From the IMG/VR virus record IMGVR_UViG_3300031912_000026, positions 1 through 43,152 of that record: a DNA stretch of 43,152 nt; one strand, 5' to 3'. The position numbers and the translations under genes were made by a program. The notes beneath the pieces were generated by a model. That model was not told the origin of the DNA, searched no databases, and saw only the letters and a list, made by a program, of their open reading frames with translations. Positions 18,197-27,848 of the stretch are shown here, piece after piece; positions within the stretch are counted from its first letter, which is position 1; every line of letters begins with the position of its first letter. Origin of the DNA: a virus (lineage: Duplodnaviria; Caudoviricetes).

Positions 18197-19852
18197 TCAG
18201 ACGGCAAGCCCGACGCGCTCCACAATGCCGGATGTTCCCAGCAATTGGATGTCTGGCTTGGAGCCCTGCGAAACTGTCACTTGAACAATCGGCGCGTGCG
18301 AGTGCCCCAGCGCGCCAATCGAGACCCAATATGTCGTCAGCGTTGGGGAAATCTGCGGAACGTTGGCGTCCCAGGTCGCGGAGTCCCACGCGCCGTTGTC
18401 CCAGGTCGAGAGCCCGCCCGCGTCCGGCATGGAGTTGGGCGGCGGCGGGAGCACGTAGTTGTAATCTACGGCTGCGGTGAGCTGCGGCATGATAGGCGAG
18501 TGCGTTGTGCTCTGGAACGTGAGTCGGCCCTGCTTCCAATCCACCATGTTGGGCGGCATACCGAAAACTTCCCAGCCACCCACAAAGGAGCACACGAAAG
18601 GGTTGCCTTGATCATTGCCTCCAATCTCGCCCTGGACAACGTTGCCATTGGAGTCGCCATAGAACAGTGAGGCGAGATGCTGCGCCCAGCATCTCGCATC
18701 CCAGCCCAGGTAGGTGCACCATGCGCCGGTGACGACGTTCGCGACGGCGCAGGTCTGCTGCCCAGGAGACGCGCCGGGCCAAGTCACGTAGAGCGCGCCG
18801 GGCACATCGTACTTGCTCATGGACCAGGGCAGATTGCCGCGCTGTGACACCATGGTGCGCCACAGAGGCGTGATGGTGGTTGTCACTGTGGCCAGCTCCA
18901 TCGCAGCCGGGTCCTTGAGGACCGCCTGCGAGAGCGGGACAATGCCATCCTTGCAGGCGACAAAGACGTCGCCCGCGACGCGCAAGAACGAGTTCTTGCC
19001 CATCGGAATCGACATGTTGTAGCAGCCCTGCTTGGACCAATTGTTGACGTCGCCCGGATTGGTGCCCTCGAAAATAATGAACTCGCCCAGGTCGGTGACG
19101 AACACGCACTGATCGCCCAGGCCCGCGCCGGAGGCGGTTGACCATGTGCAGCCAAACAGCAGGTTGCCGCCCTTCTGGCATTGGCCAGCGAGCGGGATCA
19201 GGTGCAGCATGCCTTGGATCGCCCCGATATCGAGGTACCAAGCGTTCATGCTGTTCTTTTCGATGAAAAACAGCCGGTTGCCGTACTTCCACACAGCCAC
19301 CAGATTCTGCCCTGTGGTGGGGCCTGAGCCGGGCGGCGCCCAAATGCCGCTTCCTCCCGTGCCGTCCGCGGGGTTTCCCACCACCCCAACGATCTGCGTC
19401 CAGTTCATGCCGTCGTAGCGTTGGATGTAGTCGCCCGCGTCATTGCAGCAGAGCAGATAGTTGCCGCTCTGGTTTGCGAACTGCGTAGTCGAGTAGTTGC
19501 CGTCCGCCTGCCCGCTCACCACCACTGTAGCCGTACCGGGCAGCGTCGCGTTGTAGATGTTGGAGGCGTCGGCGGCGAACAGCCGGTGAGCCATCGAAGC
19601 GTTGCCGCTGTCGTACGGAAACATCGACTGGATAGGATTGGTGCCGCAGGTCGCCCAGAGCTGCGAACCTCCCCTGATCTTGATTGCATTCTGTGTGGGA
19701 AACCAGTTGGTCAGCTCGATAGCCGCCGCAGGCTTCATGAACGCATAGTTTTCGTTCTGAATGATGCCACGAGTCGCCGCTGGCATAGTCTTGGGATATG
19801 CCAGCATCTGCGCTTGCTGTGGGACCGCCGCACGGCGGAGATTCTTGTGCAC
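18197..19852 (-). CDS. Tail nozzle / packaged-DNA stabilisation protein (P22 gp10 / tail tubular B-like)
   Basis: 551-aa beta-rich protein (NWFP..RGG, RLFFIEK..AWY, C-terminal WD..WD) following the adaptor gene. Confidence 0.75.
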   Translation of the reverse strand: MHKNLRRAAVPQQAQMLAYPKTMPAATRGIIQNENYAFMKPAAAIELTNWFPTQNAIKIRGGSQLWATCGTNPIQSMFPYDSGNASMAHRLFAADASNIYNATLPGTATVVVSGQADGNYSTTQFANQSGNYLLCCNDAGDYIQRYDGMNWTQIVGVVGNPADGTGGSGIWAPPGSGPTTGQNLVAVWKYGNRLFFIEKNSMNAWYLDIGAIQGMLHLIPLAGQCQKGGNLLFGCTWSTASGAGLGDQCVFVTDLGEFIIFEGTNPGDVNNWSKQGCYNMSIPMGKNSFLRVAGDVFVACKDGIVPLSQAVLKDPAAMELATVTTTITPLWRTMVSQRGNLPWSMSKYDVPGALYVTWPGASPGQQTCAVANVVTGAWCTYLGWDARCWAQHLASLFYGDSNGNVVQGEIGGNDQGNPFVCSFVGGWEVFGMPPNMVDWKQGRLTFQSTTHSPIMPQLTAAVDYNYVLPPPPNSMPDAGGLSTWDNGAWDSATWDANVPQISPTLTTYWVSIGALGHSHAPIVQVTVSQGSKPDIQLLGTSGIVERVGLAV

Positions 19853-19853
19853 G

Positions 19854-20585
19854 TCATAGTCCGGATTGGAAATTGCCTGTAGGTGCTTCCCACGGGTAGC
19901 CGATAGCTGCGTTGCGCGAGACCGGATAACGGCCCACGATGATAGGCGACGGCACGTCGCTTCCTGCGACCATGCCTAGAGCATCTTCGTACGTGTCCAT
20001 GTCCTCCGCGTAAGAGCCGCCCTTGCCCTGCTTCCATCTCCAAATCAGGCCAAGCTTGAGCAGCCGCTCGTCCATGACAAACGTGTCATTGTCAGAGAGG
20101 AAGCGCGGACCCACGCCGCCGCTGGCGAGATTCACGCAGTTTGCGTTCATGTAGCCGAAGTGCAGAATGATCCCCGCGCCCTGCACAGGCCATGTCTGCA
20201 GTTGATTGCCGTACTGAGTCCACTCGCCCACAGGATAGCCGTAGGCGTTGCGCAGTCTCCGCCTGATCCAATCGTCCATGTCGGGGATGAATCGGAGTGG
20301 GGTCAGAGGCCGCGCGCTGGAGTAAAGATTCGCCGTCTTAAGAAATCGCTTAAAATCACTTGGCAGATTAAAGTTTGTCGTGAATCCATCGCACGGCAGT
20401 TGACCCCACACCTTCAGTTGCCGCCAATCGCGCGTGTCATACGCGATTAGCTGCGCTACTTCGTTCGCGAGCGCGATCATTTCCTGCTGTGTCCGGTCCA
20501 GCGCCGTCACAGGGAAAACCGATCCCTGCGGAATTGCGACACCGCAATAAGCGCAGACGTCCTGGATCACAGTTTGAATAGTCAT
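19854..20585 (-). CDS. Head-tail adaptor / tail tubular protein A-like
   Basis: LPSDFKRF and DERLLKLGLIWRWKQGKG..YAED motifs; position in the operon. Confidence 0.75.
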   Translation of the reverse strand: MTIQTVIQDVCAYCGVAIPQGSVFPVTALDRTQQEMIALANEVAQLIAYDTRDWRQLKVWGQLPCDGFTTNFNLPSDFKRFLKTANLYSSARPLTPLRFIPDMDDWIRRRLRNAYGYPVGEWTQYGNQLQTWPVQGAGIILHFGYMNANCVNLASGGVGPRFLSDNDTFVMDERLLKLGLIWRWKQGKGGSYAEDMDTYEDALGMVAGSDVPSPIIVGRYPVSRNAAIGYPWEAPTGNFQSGL

Positions 20586-21469
20586 CGCTGCCTCGCCGCC
20601 ATCCCCGCCATCTGCACCAGCGTTCGATGGGACGGATTGCCCACAGGTCTGTGGCCAGTCACAGACTGGATATGCCGCTTGAGCTGCGGCACGGTCATCT
20701 GCCCGAAGTCCTCTTCCTCTACCCCCTCAGCGGCTTCGGCGGGTCCATCGTCGTCATCTGAAAGAGCCCGTACCTCCTCTTCATCGTCCTCGTCCTCTTC
20801 ATCGTCCTCCGGATCATCGGGGTCTTTGGGCGGGGCACGAGACTTGATGATGTCCGGGTCGAGAATACCCTTGGATTTGGGACGCTTGGCATTTTGGGCG
20901 TATCGCGCATTATCTTCTGCGACTTGAAGCTTCGCTTTGAGATCGTCGATTTCCGCCCTTTGCTGCCCGATAATCGCTTCATTGGAGCCGCGCTCTATGT
21001 AGTCGATCGCCTGATTTTTCCACTCGCGTCCGCCCTGCCCGACGTTCTTGAGTTCTTGCCCGTCCAGGTGCGCGAGCGCTTCCAACGTATAGACCTGCAT
21101 TGCCTTCAGTCCGGCCTTCTGCCCTTCGGTGAGGAACGGCGCGAGGTCAATAGGCGTGCCGGATTTGGTCTGCGTCTCTTTGGAGCGGAATTGCCTGTAC
21201 TGGCGAGGCCAGCGCTCCGCGTAGGAGACCTGCACCTGCTCGCCTGACTCGTCGTCGACTTCCCAATGTGAGAAGCCGGTTGCGGGGTGCACGGAGTAGT
21301 TCGGTGAGCCTGCGAAGCGGATTTCCACCACATCCCAGTCATCGAAAAACTTGCGGCCCAGTTCTCGAGTTTTTGCCTCGTTGAGGATCGCGATGCTTTT
21401 GAAAATCGGAGTCACGCCGGTTTTGTCGTCGGGGACTCTATCTCTGTCCTGGAGAAGTTGACGTGCCAT
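20582..21469 (-). CDS. Conserved phage protein downstream of the capsid gene (acidic linker, C-terminal small helical domain)
   Basis: YAERWPRQYRQF..GTPIDLAPFL..TLEALA pattern; position in the operon. Confidence 0.7.
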   Translation of the reverse strand: MARQLLQDRDRVPDDKTGVTPIFKSIAILNEAKTRELGRKFFDDWDVVEIRFAGSPNYSVHPATGFSHWEVDDESGEQVQVSYAERWPRQYRQFRSKETQTKSGTPIDLAPFLTEGQKAGLKAMQVYTLEALAHLDGQELKNVGQGGREWKNQAIDYIERGSNEAIIGQQRAEIDDLKAKLQVAEDNARYAQNAKRPKSKGILDPDIIKSRAPPKDPDDPEDDEEDEDDEEEVRALSDDDDGPAEAAEGVEEEDFGQMTVPQLKRHIQSVTGHRPVGNPSHRTLVQMAGMAARQR

Positions 21470-21480
21470 GTGCCAATCCT

Positions 21481-21515
21481 AAAAAGAGCGGGCGATTTCC
21501 GGGGGGTCCTCGCCC
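21481..21515 (-). terminator. Intrinsic terminator/attenuator after the major capsid gene
   Basis: On the - strand: GGGCGA...TCGCCC-GCTC-TTTTT. Confidence 0.6.
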
Positions 21516-21533
21516 AAGTCTAGGGAGGAAGCG

Positions 21534-22556
21534 TTAAGCTGCCGGGTTCGAGTCGTAGAATCGCCAGTTGAACAGCGGATTGGTCATCGTCAGTTCACCC
21601 ATCCAGCCGATGAATTGCGCAATGGCGTCCTTGTCGATGGGCATCAGGCCCTCGCCCTTGAACACCTTGTCGAAATTTCGATTGGCGTTGTAGCGGAGGC
21701 GGAAGGTGTCGGTGTTGAGACCGAATGTGGTGTTGCTCGGAATGTTGCTTCCGATTCCGCCGTCAAGCACGATTTCCGCGCGCTTGCCCCCACCAATGTA
21801 TTCCAGTGCAGTGAAGCCCAGCTTGCCCAGGCTTGTCTCGTTGGTCTGCCGCTGAATAGCGACTGTCGCCGCGTCATACGCGGAGTAGTGCTCAGGCGAC
21901 ATGATCAGCAGGTCCGCGTAGTTGCGGCCGCGCGCCTGCTTGGTCATCACGACGTTGAGGAAAGGCCGGATCGTTGTCGAGGTGACCTGCGTGCCGATAG
22001 TTGCCGACATGCTGTTAGCGTCATAGAGCTGGGTACGCCAAATCGGCGCTGCAGCGCGATCAATTCCGCCATAGACACCCGACGTGTTGACAATCGGTAC
22101 TGCAGTCGCGAGCCCGGTGAGCTGCTTCCCGCCGTTGGCGGTTCCATCACTGTAAAGCGCCGCGTCCATCGTGTCCTCAAGGGACCGCTCCGCAGCGTCC
22201 AGGTAGGCGTCCATCACGTCGATTAGTTGCGCGTCGCCCTCGTTGTTCAAGATTTCCTGCATGCTCAGGATGATGGGGACAACCACCATCTTGGGCACGT
22301 AATAGGCATCGTTGAAGAGATCGAGCGCCGGATTGAGCAGTTGATCGTAGCCGCTGTACCATTGCGCCGCGCTCTTGTTGATCTGCAGCGTCTGCCTGAT
22401 CCGCGGCCCGCTGTAGGTCTGCCAGAGATTCTTTCGCCGCATCACGGCGAGAAGGGCGTTATTGTTCGAAACAAGGTCCTGATAGGACGGTGAGCGGTCC
22501 TCCAGCGCCATCGACAAGATTTGCTGGTAATGGACGTCAGTGTTGATGTCGGCCAT
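21534..22556 (-). CDS. Major capsid protein
   Basis: 340 aa with DLVSNNNALL and LYSDGTANGGKQLTGL..YGGIDR. Follows the scaffold gene, has a GGAGAG SD and a downstream terminator. Confidence 0.88.
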   Translation of the reverse strand: MADINTDVHYQQILSMALEDRSPSYQDLVSNNNALLAVMRRKNLWQTYSGPRIRQTLQINKSAAQWYSGYDQLLNPALDLFNDAYYVPKMVVVPIILSMQEILNNEGDAQLIDVMDAYLDAAERSLEDTMDAALYSDGTANGGKQLTGLATAVPIVNTSGVYGGIDRAAAPIWRTQLYDANSMSATIGTQVTSTTIRPFLNVVMTKQARGRNYADLLIMSPEHYSAYDAATVAIQRQTNETSLGKLGFTALEYIGGGKRAEIVLDGGIGSNIPSNTTFGLNTDTFRLRYNANRNFDKVFKGEGLMPIDKDAIAQFIGWMGELTMTNPLFNWRFYDSNPAA

Positions 22557-22568
22557 CGTGGCTCTCCA

Positions 22569-23801
22569 TTAGAGCGAGCCACGCACCTTCCTAACAGCGT
22601 TGGCGATGGCATCGCGCCGTGAAACGATTGGCTTCTTGCCCATCGCAGCGGGTGCATGCGTAGGCGAAGAGCCGTGAATCGACTTATCCACTTCGTTTCG
22701 GGTCTGAGCCGACGTGTTGCGGGTCTGAGCCGCGCGTGTTTGCGGATTAGGATCAGGTCTCAGCCGATCTGCTCGGGAGTATGCCTGATCGAGGGGGTAG
22801 CCGTGCTCTACCTCCTCCTTTATCAAATCCGCTAATTCATCAAACCGGGGGTGATCGGTTGCGAAGTTGTCAATCGACGTCCGGTGTTGCGTGAATTGCT
22901 GGTGATACTGCATACCTTGCACCGTCTGCGCAAGGGACTCCACCATCTGATGCAGTTGACCCATCTTAAGGTCTTGAGATTGCGAACTATTTCGCGTCGA
23001 ATTTAGCTGTAACTGCTCCGGGCTCATGCTCAGAACGTGATAGGCGACGTCGCGCAGCCCGATTCTCTGCCCCGTTCTGGGGTCCTTGAGGCCCAGGTTG
23101 TTTATGATCATGTCGAGCCCGCCCACCACATCGGAGCGCAGCTTGCTCTCCATCGACACGTAGTTAGTCAACGCCTGTCGCAGATTTGTCCCACTGCGCT
23201 GCGCTAGATCGTCAAAGTCCGCAATGTTCTGGAAAGATTCAGCTCCCCTCCTGTACTGCTGATACCCATCCTCAATCTGCTTGATCATTTGATGGGTAGC
23301 GCCGCGCACCGATTCCGGAACACCGTGCCAATCCGCTTTAGCAGCTTCACTGAAGCGGCCCGGAGCATCGCGAAACGGCGCATTCTCCGCCAACGGCTGG
23401 AATTTCTGTGGCGTGACCGGCTGAGCTGGCTGCTGCCCCTGCTGTTTGTTCGGATCAGCCGACACAAAGCGCCCGCCGTCTCCACGCTGCTGCGCTGGTG
23501 CCTTGTCCTGTGCGGGCGGCTGCTTCTGCTGTGGCTGCGCCTGCTGCGGCTGTTTGTCAGCGCCCGGCTTCGCGTCGGGTGCTTTCGCTGTCTGCTGCGG
23601 CTGCTTCGCCTTATCGAATGCCTTCTGAATCGATTCCCGTCGCGACGCATTACGTTCAAATTCAATGCGCTCAGAAGACTTCTGCGGCGCCTGTGAGCCC
23701 ACAGGCTGCGGAGGAGAAGCTGGCGAGCTATCTGGGATCGGGGTCTCTGTGGGGGTCGGGGGCGGCGTAGGAGCCTGTGCCGCAACAGTCGTGTCAGTCA
23801 T
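22569..23801 (-). CDS. Capsid scaffolding protein
   Basis: Disordered N-terminus, RGDGGRF motif and helical core, immediately upstream of the capsid gene. Confidence 0.75.
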   Translation of the reverse strand: MTDTTVAAQAPTPPPTPTETPIPDSSPASPPQPVGSQAPQKSSERIEFERNASRRESIQKAFDKAKQPQQTAKAPDAKPGADKQPQQAQPQQKQPPAQDKAPAQQRGDGGRFVSADPNKQQGQQPAQPVTPQKFQPLAENAPFRDAPGRFSEAAKADWHGVPESVRGATHQMIKQIEDGYQQYRRGAESFQNIADFDDLAQRSGTNLRQALTNYVSMESKLRSDVVGGLDMIINNLGLKDPRTGQRIGLRDVAYHVLSMSPEQLQLNSTRNSSQSQDLKMGQLHQMVESLAQTVQGMQYHQQFTQHRTSIDNFATDHPRFDELADLIKEEVEHGYPLDQAYSRADRLRPDPNPQTRAAQTRNTSAQTRNEVDKSIHGSSPTHAPAAMGKKPIVSRRDAIANAVRKVRGSL

Positions 23802-24148
23802 TCGTAAACTCCCTTTGGTCGGTGCCCAGCTCGATATTTATCGAGCGTGTTTTTCAGATGCTGCTTGCGCATCCTCTTGAACTCCGGAGCGATGCTGCCG
23901 CGCTGCTTGGGCTGCGGCTTTTCGTTGCCTACTTCAGTGAGCCCGTGCTCCCGCCCGACCTTGCGGAATTGGGCTTTCGATGTGTAGAACCTCCCGTCTA
24001 CCTGCTCTGTTGGCTCCATGTGATCGCTGATAACGTAGGGCAGTGGGAGATCGCTGCGGTTGTCCGGGCGATCCTCCACATGCGTGTAGATAGTCCTCGT
24101 GCCGTCCTCTATGATGACCAGCCGCCGCGTCATCTCAGCGTCCACCAT
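23798..24148 (-). CDS. Conserved head-module protein
   Basis: LPYVISDHM..VDGRFYTSKAQFR..EVGNE motif, coupled to the scaffold gene. Start is uncertain. Confidence 0.65.
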   Translation of the reverse strand: MVDAEMTRRLVIIEDGTRTIYTHVEDRPDNRSDLPLPYVISDHMEPTEQVDGRFYTSKAQFRKVGREHGLTEVGNEKPQPKQRGSIAPEFKRMRKQHLKNTLDKYRAGHRPKGVYE

Positions 24149-24209
24149 TTCTTGATGACGTAGATTGTCACCAAGCAAAACAGAATGAGCAGAATCAGCT
24201 CACCGTCGC

Positions 24210-25073
24210 TCAAGTCGTTGTCCAGGTCTGCGCCGCCGAATTGCCCGCGCTGCCGTCATTCACCACTGTGACCGAATGCGCGCCAGCAGGCGACGGCGCG
24301 GTGAGGCTGAGAACGATCGACGTAGGCGACACGAGCCCGCAGCCCAGCGGAGCGGCCGCTACACCATCGACGAAAACCTGAGAGTTGGCTGTGAAATTCG
24401 TTCCCGTCAGTGTCAGGCTAACCTGAGCCCCGTGCACCGATGACGTCGGCGCAATGCTCGTCAGCGTCGATGCAGCCGGATAGGACGCATGCGACTTGTT
24501 CGGCGTAGACGTAAACACGCCATCTGAGCCGTAGGCTTCGCCCTTGATCGCACCGGACGTCACGCGGATATCGTTCGCCGCTCCAGGGAATGCGCCCACG
24601 GTCTCCGTGCCGGAGCCCTCCGGAAGATAGGTGCCCACGGTGTTGACGGCGAAGGTGCCTTGCGCGCCCTTGGTGCCAGCGACAACGCCAGCCGATGACG
24701 GCGGGTAGCCCTGCCCGGTGACGATGTTGGTGGGTGGCGTCGGGTTCTCGCAGGTCACGGTGACCGCCGTCTGATTGCCTGCCGGTGAGAGCGGCTGCAC
24801 GCCGTCGTCAGTCGGCGTGACTTCGCCCAGGATGATGGGCTCACCCTGCGGCTCGTTCGGGTGCAGCATCATCAGATTGACCTTCAGCGGGTCCGTCTCT
24901 TTCGGCGCCTTGCTGTAGTCAACCGGATTTCCCGTGTTGATCTTGAGATCGTAGTCCGGCTTCACCTTCGGCGGGCTCTTCTCCTCCGTCAGGGACGAGC
25001 CTTGCTTCGTCGGGGGTGGTGTAGGCGAGGCTGACTTTTTTCCGTTGTTTTGGTGTGTCGGCTGCAGGGCCAT
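24210..25073 (-). CDS. IPT/TIG (Ig-like) domain protein, probable capsid decoration
   Basis: C-terminal TLTSIAPTS..LTLTGTNFTANSQVFVDG..VSPTSI, with a GGAAAGGA SD. Confidence 0.75.
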   Translation of the reverse strand: MALQPTHQNNGKKSASPTPPPTKQGSSLTEEKSPPKVKPDYDLKINTGNPVDYSKAPKETDPLKVNLMMLHPNEPQGEPIILGEVTPTDDGVQPLSPAGNQTAVTVTCENPTPPTNIVTGQGYPPSSAGVVAGTKGAQGTFAVNTVGTYLPEGSGTETVGAFPGAANDIRVTSGAIKGEAYGSDGVFTSTPNKSHASYPAASTLTSIAPTSSVHGAQVSLTLTGTNFTANSQVFVDGVAAAPLGCGLVSPTSIVLSLTAPSPAGAHSVTVVNDGSAGNSAAQTWTTT

Positions 25074-25233
25074 AGCGGATATTCCTTTCCATCGTTTGCA
25101 ACAGCTTGAAATTCCGCAGAATCAAGTCCGCGTACTGCGCGCGGATTTGGCGGTCATTCCTCTCCATGCCGGTTAGCACCATGCGCAGCGACTTGATCGC
25201 CAGCTCCACGGTCTCCCGCTCCAGCTCTCTCAA
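24919..25233 (-). CDS. Hypothetical helical protein
   Basis: TTG start overlaps the upstream stop; the C-terminal ~50 aa overlap the next gene. Confidence 0.45.
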   Translation of the reverse strand: MRELERETVELAIKSLRMVLTGMERNDRQIRAQYADLILRNFKLLQTMERNIRYGPAADTPKQRKKVSLAYTTPDEARLVPDGGEEPAEGEAGLRSQDQHGKSG

Positions 25234-25460
25234 CTCTTCTCTGGCGCGTTCTCTGTCGATGTTGCTTCCTTTCGTGGCGGGTCATCAGCCTCGTAAGGGC
25301 CGACTCCAGCACCGACGTAAACAACCGGGATGCCCATCCCGTTAGTGACTTTAACAGCCCCCATTCCATATTTGTTTCCCGCCTCCTTGACGGGAATGCC
25401 AATCCCCTTCGCGGTGTTGTCCACGACGGGGATGCCGATGCTTCCTGTCACAACACGCAT
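25230..25460 (-). CDS. Small protein with GIPV repeats
   Basis: GIPVV / GIPVK / GIPVV repeats; start at 25460. Confidence 0.55.
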   Translation of the reverse strand: MRVVTGSIGIPVVDNTAKGIGIPVKEAGNKYGMGAVKVTNGMGIPVVYVGAGVGPYEADDPPRKEATSTENAPEKS

Positions 25461-25464
25461 GTGA

Positions 25465-25668
25465 CTACTTTCGATGTCCGCCCGGTGCAGGCGGCGGCGC
25501 TGTGGGATGTGACGGCGATCCTCCACTAGGCGAATCCGGATGTCCAGGGCTTCCGCCCTCCGGAAGCTGCGAAGCCTGCGGCTTCACTTCGGTTCCAACG
25601 ATATTCACTGTGCCGTCCGGGTTGTTAGTCACCGTTGCATTCCTGATTTCAATCGGGTGATCTGCCAT
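25465..25668 (-). CDS. Small Pro-rich hypothetical protein
   Basis: Strong GAGGAG SD; fills the operon gap. Confidence 0.6.
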   Translation of the reverse strand: MADHPIEIRNATVTNNPDGTVNIVGTEVKPQASQLPEGGSPGHPDSPSGGSPSHPTAPPPAPGGHRK

Positions 25669-25683
25669 CTACTTCTCCTCTGG

Positions 25684-27720
25684 TTAACCGAATCCGAACC
25701 CGCCGCCAAAGTCCATCATGTCGGGCGAGTAGTTGCTCATATCAGCAAGCTGACCCATCTGCATTCCGCCCAGGTCAAACATGCTCCCCAGGTCCTGTGA
25801 CTGGAGCTGACTGAGCTGCTCAGACGAGATCGGCGTTTGGTCCGGTGCCATCTGCGAGCCCTGTGGATCAATCCCTTTAAGCTGATCCTGTGACAGGTAG
25901 GGCACCGGCGCCTTGGCGCCCATCGACGGCGCCGAGGGCTGCATGGGGGTTCCTACCCGATCCTGCCACCTGCCGGAGAAGCTCTCGCCAGCCATCGGCG
26001 CCTTGCCGCCGCCCTCGCCAGAGAGCTGCCCGCGCTGCTGCATGACGTCGCCCCCAGGCGGAAAAACTGCGCCGCCCGTGCGTTGGTTGTACAAGCTCTC
26101 AAATGTGCGGTCTCCCGGTGTATTATTGAGGTTGCCGGTCGCACCCTGGAAAGGAGCTGGAGCCTGCCAGTTCTGCACCGGCTGAGCCCCAGCGCCCCAT
26201 CCCGCCCCCTCCGGTCGAGGGGCAGGGGACGGAATTGGACCCCCCATCGCGTTCGCATTGTCTGGCCTAGCCGTGGGTGTGGGAATAGCCGCGCCACCCG
26301 CACTATCACCGGGGGGAGCCACGCCAGAGGCGGCGGGTCCCACATGGATGTTGACGTTGTTCTGCCCTTGGGTACCGACGACGTAGACCTGCCCGTCGCG
26401 GACAACCGGACGCAATTGGGTGTCGATATTTCCTCCGCCGCCTATCTCCATGGATTTGATGATGTTTTGGGCTTGCTGCATGGTCGAGTACTGCTGCCCG
26501 CCGCCAAACATGCCCAGGATCGAGCCCAGACCCCCTCCGCCGCCGCCGGGGGGTCCTGCCCCGGGCTGCCCGGCCCCCCGCATGGCGGAGCCGATCGCAG
26601 CTCCAGGCCCGGCCGGAGCTTGAGTCGACGGCGCCGCGCCTGTCGCGGATTGTCGCGAAATGTCGTCAGTTGTCGCCTGATCCCCCTGCCCAAAGAGCTT
26701 GTTGGCGTTGGCGATCCGCGCGGCCGCGCCGCTGTTCGAGATTTCGTACTTGCTCCGGAAGGCGTTCGCCGCCTCCTCCGGCGTGCGCGCGGCCTGGAGC
26801 GCGGCGTAGGCGCCCTTGTAGCCACCCATCAGCTCCTGCCGCATGAAGCCCTGCTGCGCCTCGTGCGAGTTGGGGTTCATGCCGTTCGCGGCCGCGTATT
26901 GCTGCAGCCCGGCCCAGCGATCGCCGCGCCATTGCGCGATCCCGTGGGCGGTCCCCTGGTCCCCCGTGGCGTTCAAGCGTAGGTCGGAGAAGCTCTCCTG
27001 CTGCAGATTGCCCACGAGGCCCGCCGCCTGCGCCCGGTTGAGCCCCAGCCCACCCTGATCCACAGGACGCATGGCAAAACCCATCCACGAGCCCACGGCG
27101 CCGGTGTACGGCACGTTCCCCGGAGGCGTCGGCGTGCCTGGAGGTTTCGGGATCGGCTGGGCTCCAGCCACAGGTTGTGCTGAGCCCTGCGCGCCCTGCT
27201 GCTTCATCAGCGACGCGGTGTCGCCCATGCCGCCGCCCGGCTGAATGCCGTAGGTGCGCGCCTGCGCCGGTGTGAAGCCGTGCTGAAAATCGCCGCCCAG
27301 CATTCCCATCCCGCGGCGCCCGCCCAGGTCGAAATGCATCAGGTCCATTGCCCCGTATTTCGACGGGTTTCCGACGCCTGAGAAATAGCCGCCCCAGCGC
27401 AGGTTTTGACCAATCTCGGGCGCATTCTGATCGGCGTAGCCTTTCAGCCCGTTAGCGAAAGACTGGTAGGCGCGCGTGACTTCCGGGTTGCCGTGCACTT
27501 GGTAGTTCGGCAGCGCCTGCCCGGTGTTGCGGTCCGTGAGCCGGATATCAACTGCCTCGCCGTGCCCGTGCTCCGACTGCCCGGAGCCCGGCCGATAGCC
27601 GGAGTAGAAGCTCACGTCATAGCCGGAATTAGCCTCGAATTTTTCGGCATAGGCTTTGAGCGTCTCCAGAAACTTCTGATCGACGTCTTTCCAATTCTTC
27701 CCGGCTTGGAACGTGGCCAT
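25684..27720 (-). CDS. Modular peptidoglycan hydrolase: M15-type Zn peptidase + phage tail-type lysozyme + disordered tail
   Basis: SGYRPG..SEHGHGEAVDI..LRWGG..DLMHFDL (M15/LAS), followed by AQAAGLVGNLQQES..AHGIAQWRGDRW (Phage_lysozyme2-like). Confidence 0.85.
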   Translation of the reverse strand: MATFQAGKNWKDVDQKFLETLKAYAEKFEANSGYDVSFYSGYRPGSGQSEHGHGEAVDIRLTDRNTGQALPNYQVHGNPEVTRAYQSFANGLKGYADQNAPEIGQNLRWGGYFSGVGNPSKYGAMDLMHFDLGGRRGMGMLGGDFQHGFTPAQARTYGIQPGGGMGDTASLMKQQGAQGSAQPVAGAQPIPKPPGTPTPPGNVPYTGAVGSWMGFAMRPVDQGGLGLNRAQAAGLVGNLQQESFSDLRLNATGDQGTAHGIAQWRGDRWAGLQQYAAANGMNPNSHEAQQGFMRQELMGGYKGAYAALQAARTPEEAANAFRSKYEISNSGAAARIANANKLFGQGDQATTDDISRQSATGAAPSTQAPAGPGAAIGSAMRGAGQPGAGPPGGGGGGLGSILGMFGGGQQYSTMQQAQNIIKSMEIGGGGNIDTQLRPVVRDGQVYVVGTQGQNNVNIHVGPAASGVAPPGDSAGGAAIPTPTARPDNANAMGGPIPSPAPRPEGAGWGAGAQPVQNWQAPAPFQGATGNLNNTPGDRTFESLYNQRTGGAVFPPGGDVMQQRGQLSGEGGGKAPMAGESFSGRWQDRVGTPMQPSAPSMGAKAPVPYLSQDQLKGIDPQGSQMAPDQTPISSEQLSQLQSQDLGSMFDLGGMQMGQLADMSNYSPDMMDFGGGFGFG

Positions 27721-27848
27721 CAGTCACTCCTCGGTCGAGTCGACGCCAAATTGATCAGCGCCATGGCGAACACGCCTATCAGCCCGCCTGCGCAGACGGA
27801 GATCACCACAGTTGTCCAGAACTCCACGGTGCCTAAGCAATTGGTCAC
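27720..27848 (-). CDS. 42-aa single-TM protein (holin/antiholin candidate; not in ORF track)
   Basis: GTG start with GGAGGG SD; (M)TNCLGTVEFWTTVVISVCAGGLIGVFAMALINLASTRPRSD*. Coupled to both portal and hydrolase genes. Confidence 0.55.
   Translation of the reverse strand: MTNCLGTVEFWTTVVISVCAGGLIGVFAMALINLASTRPRSD

Noticed and set aside
22699-22732. Direct repeat CGGGTCTGAGCCG x2
   Set aside because: Explained by the coding repeat AQTRN in the scaffold C-terminus.
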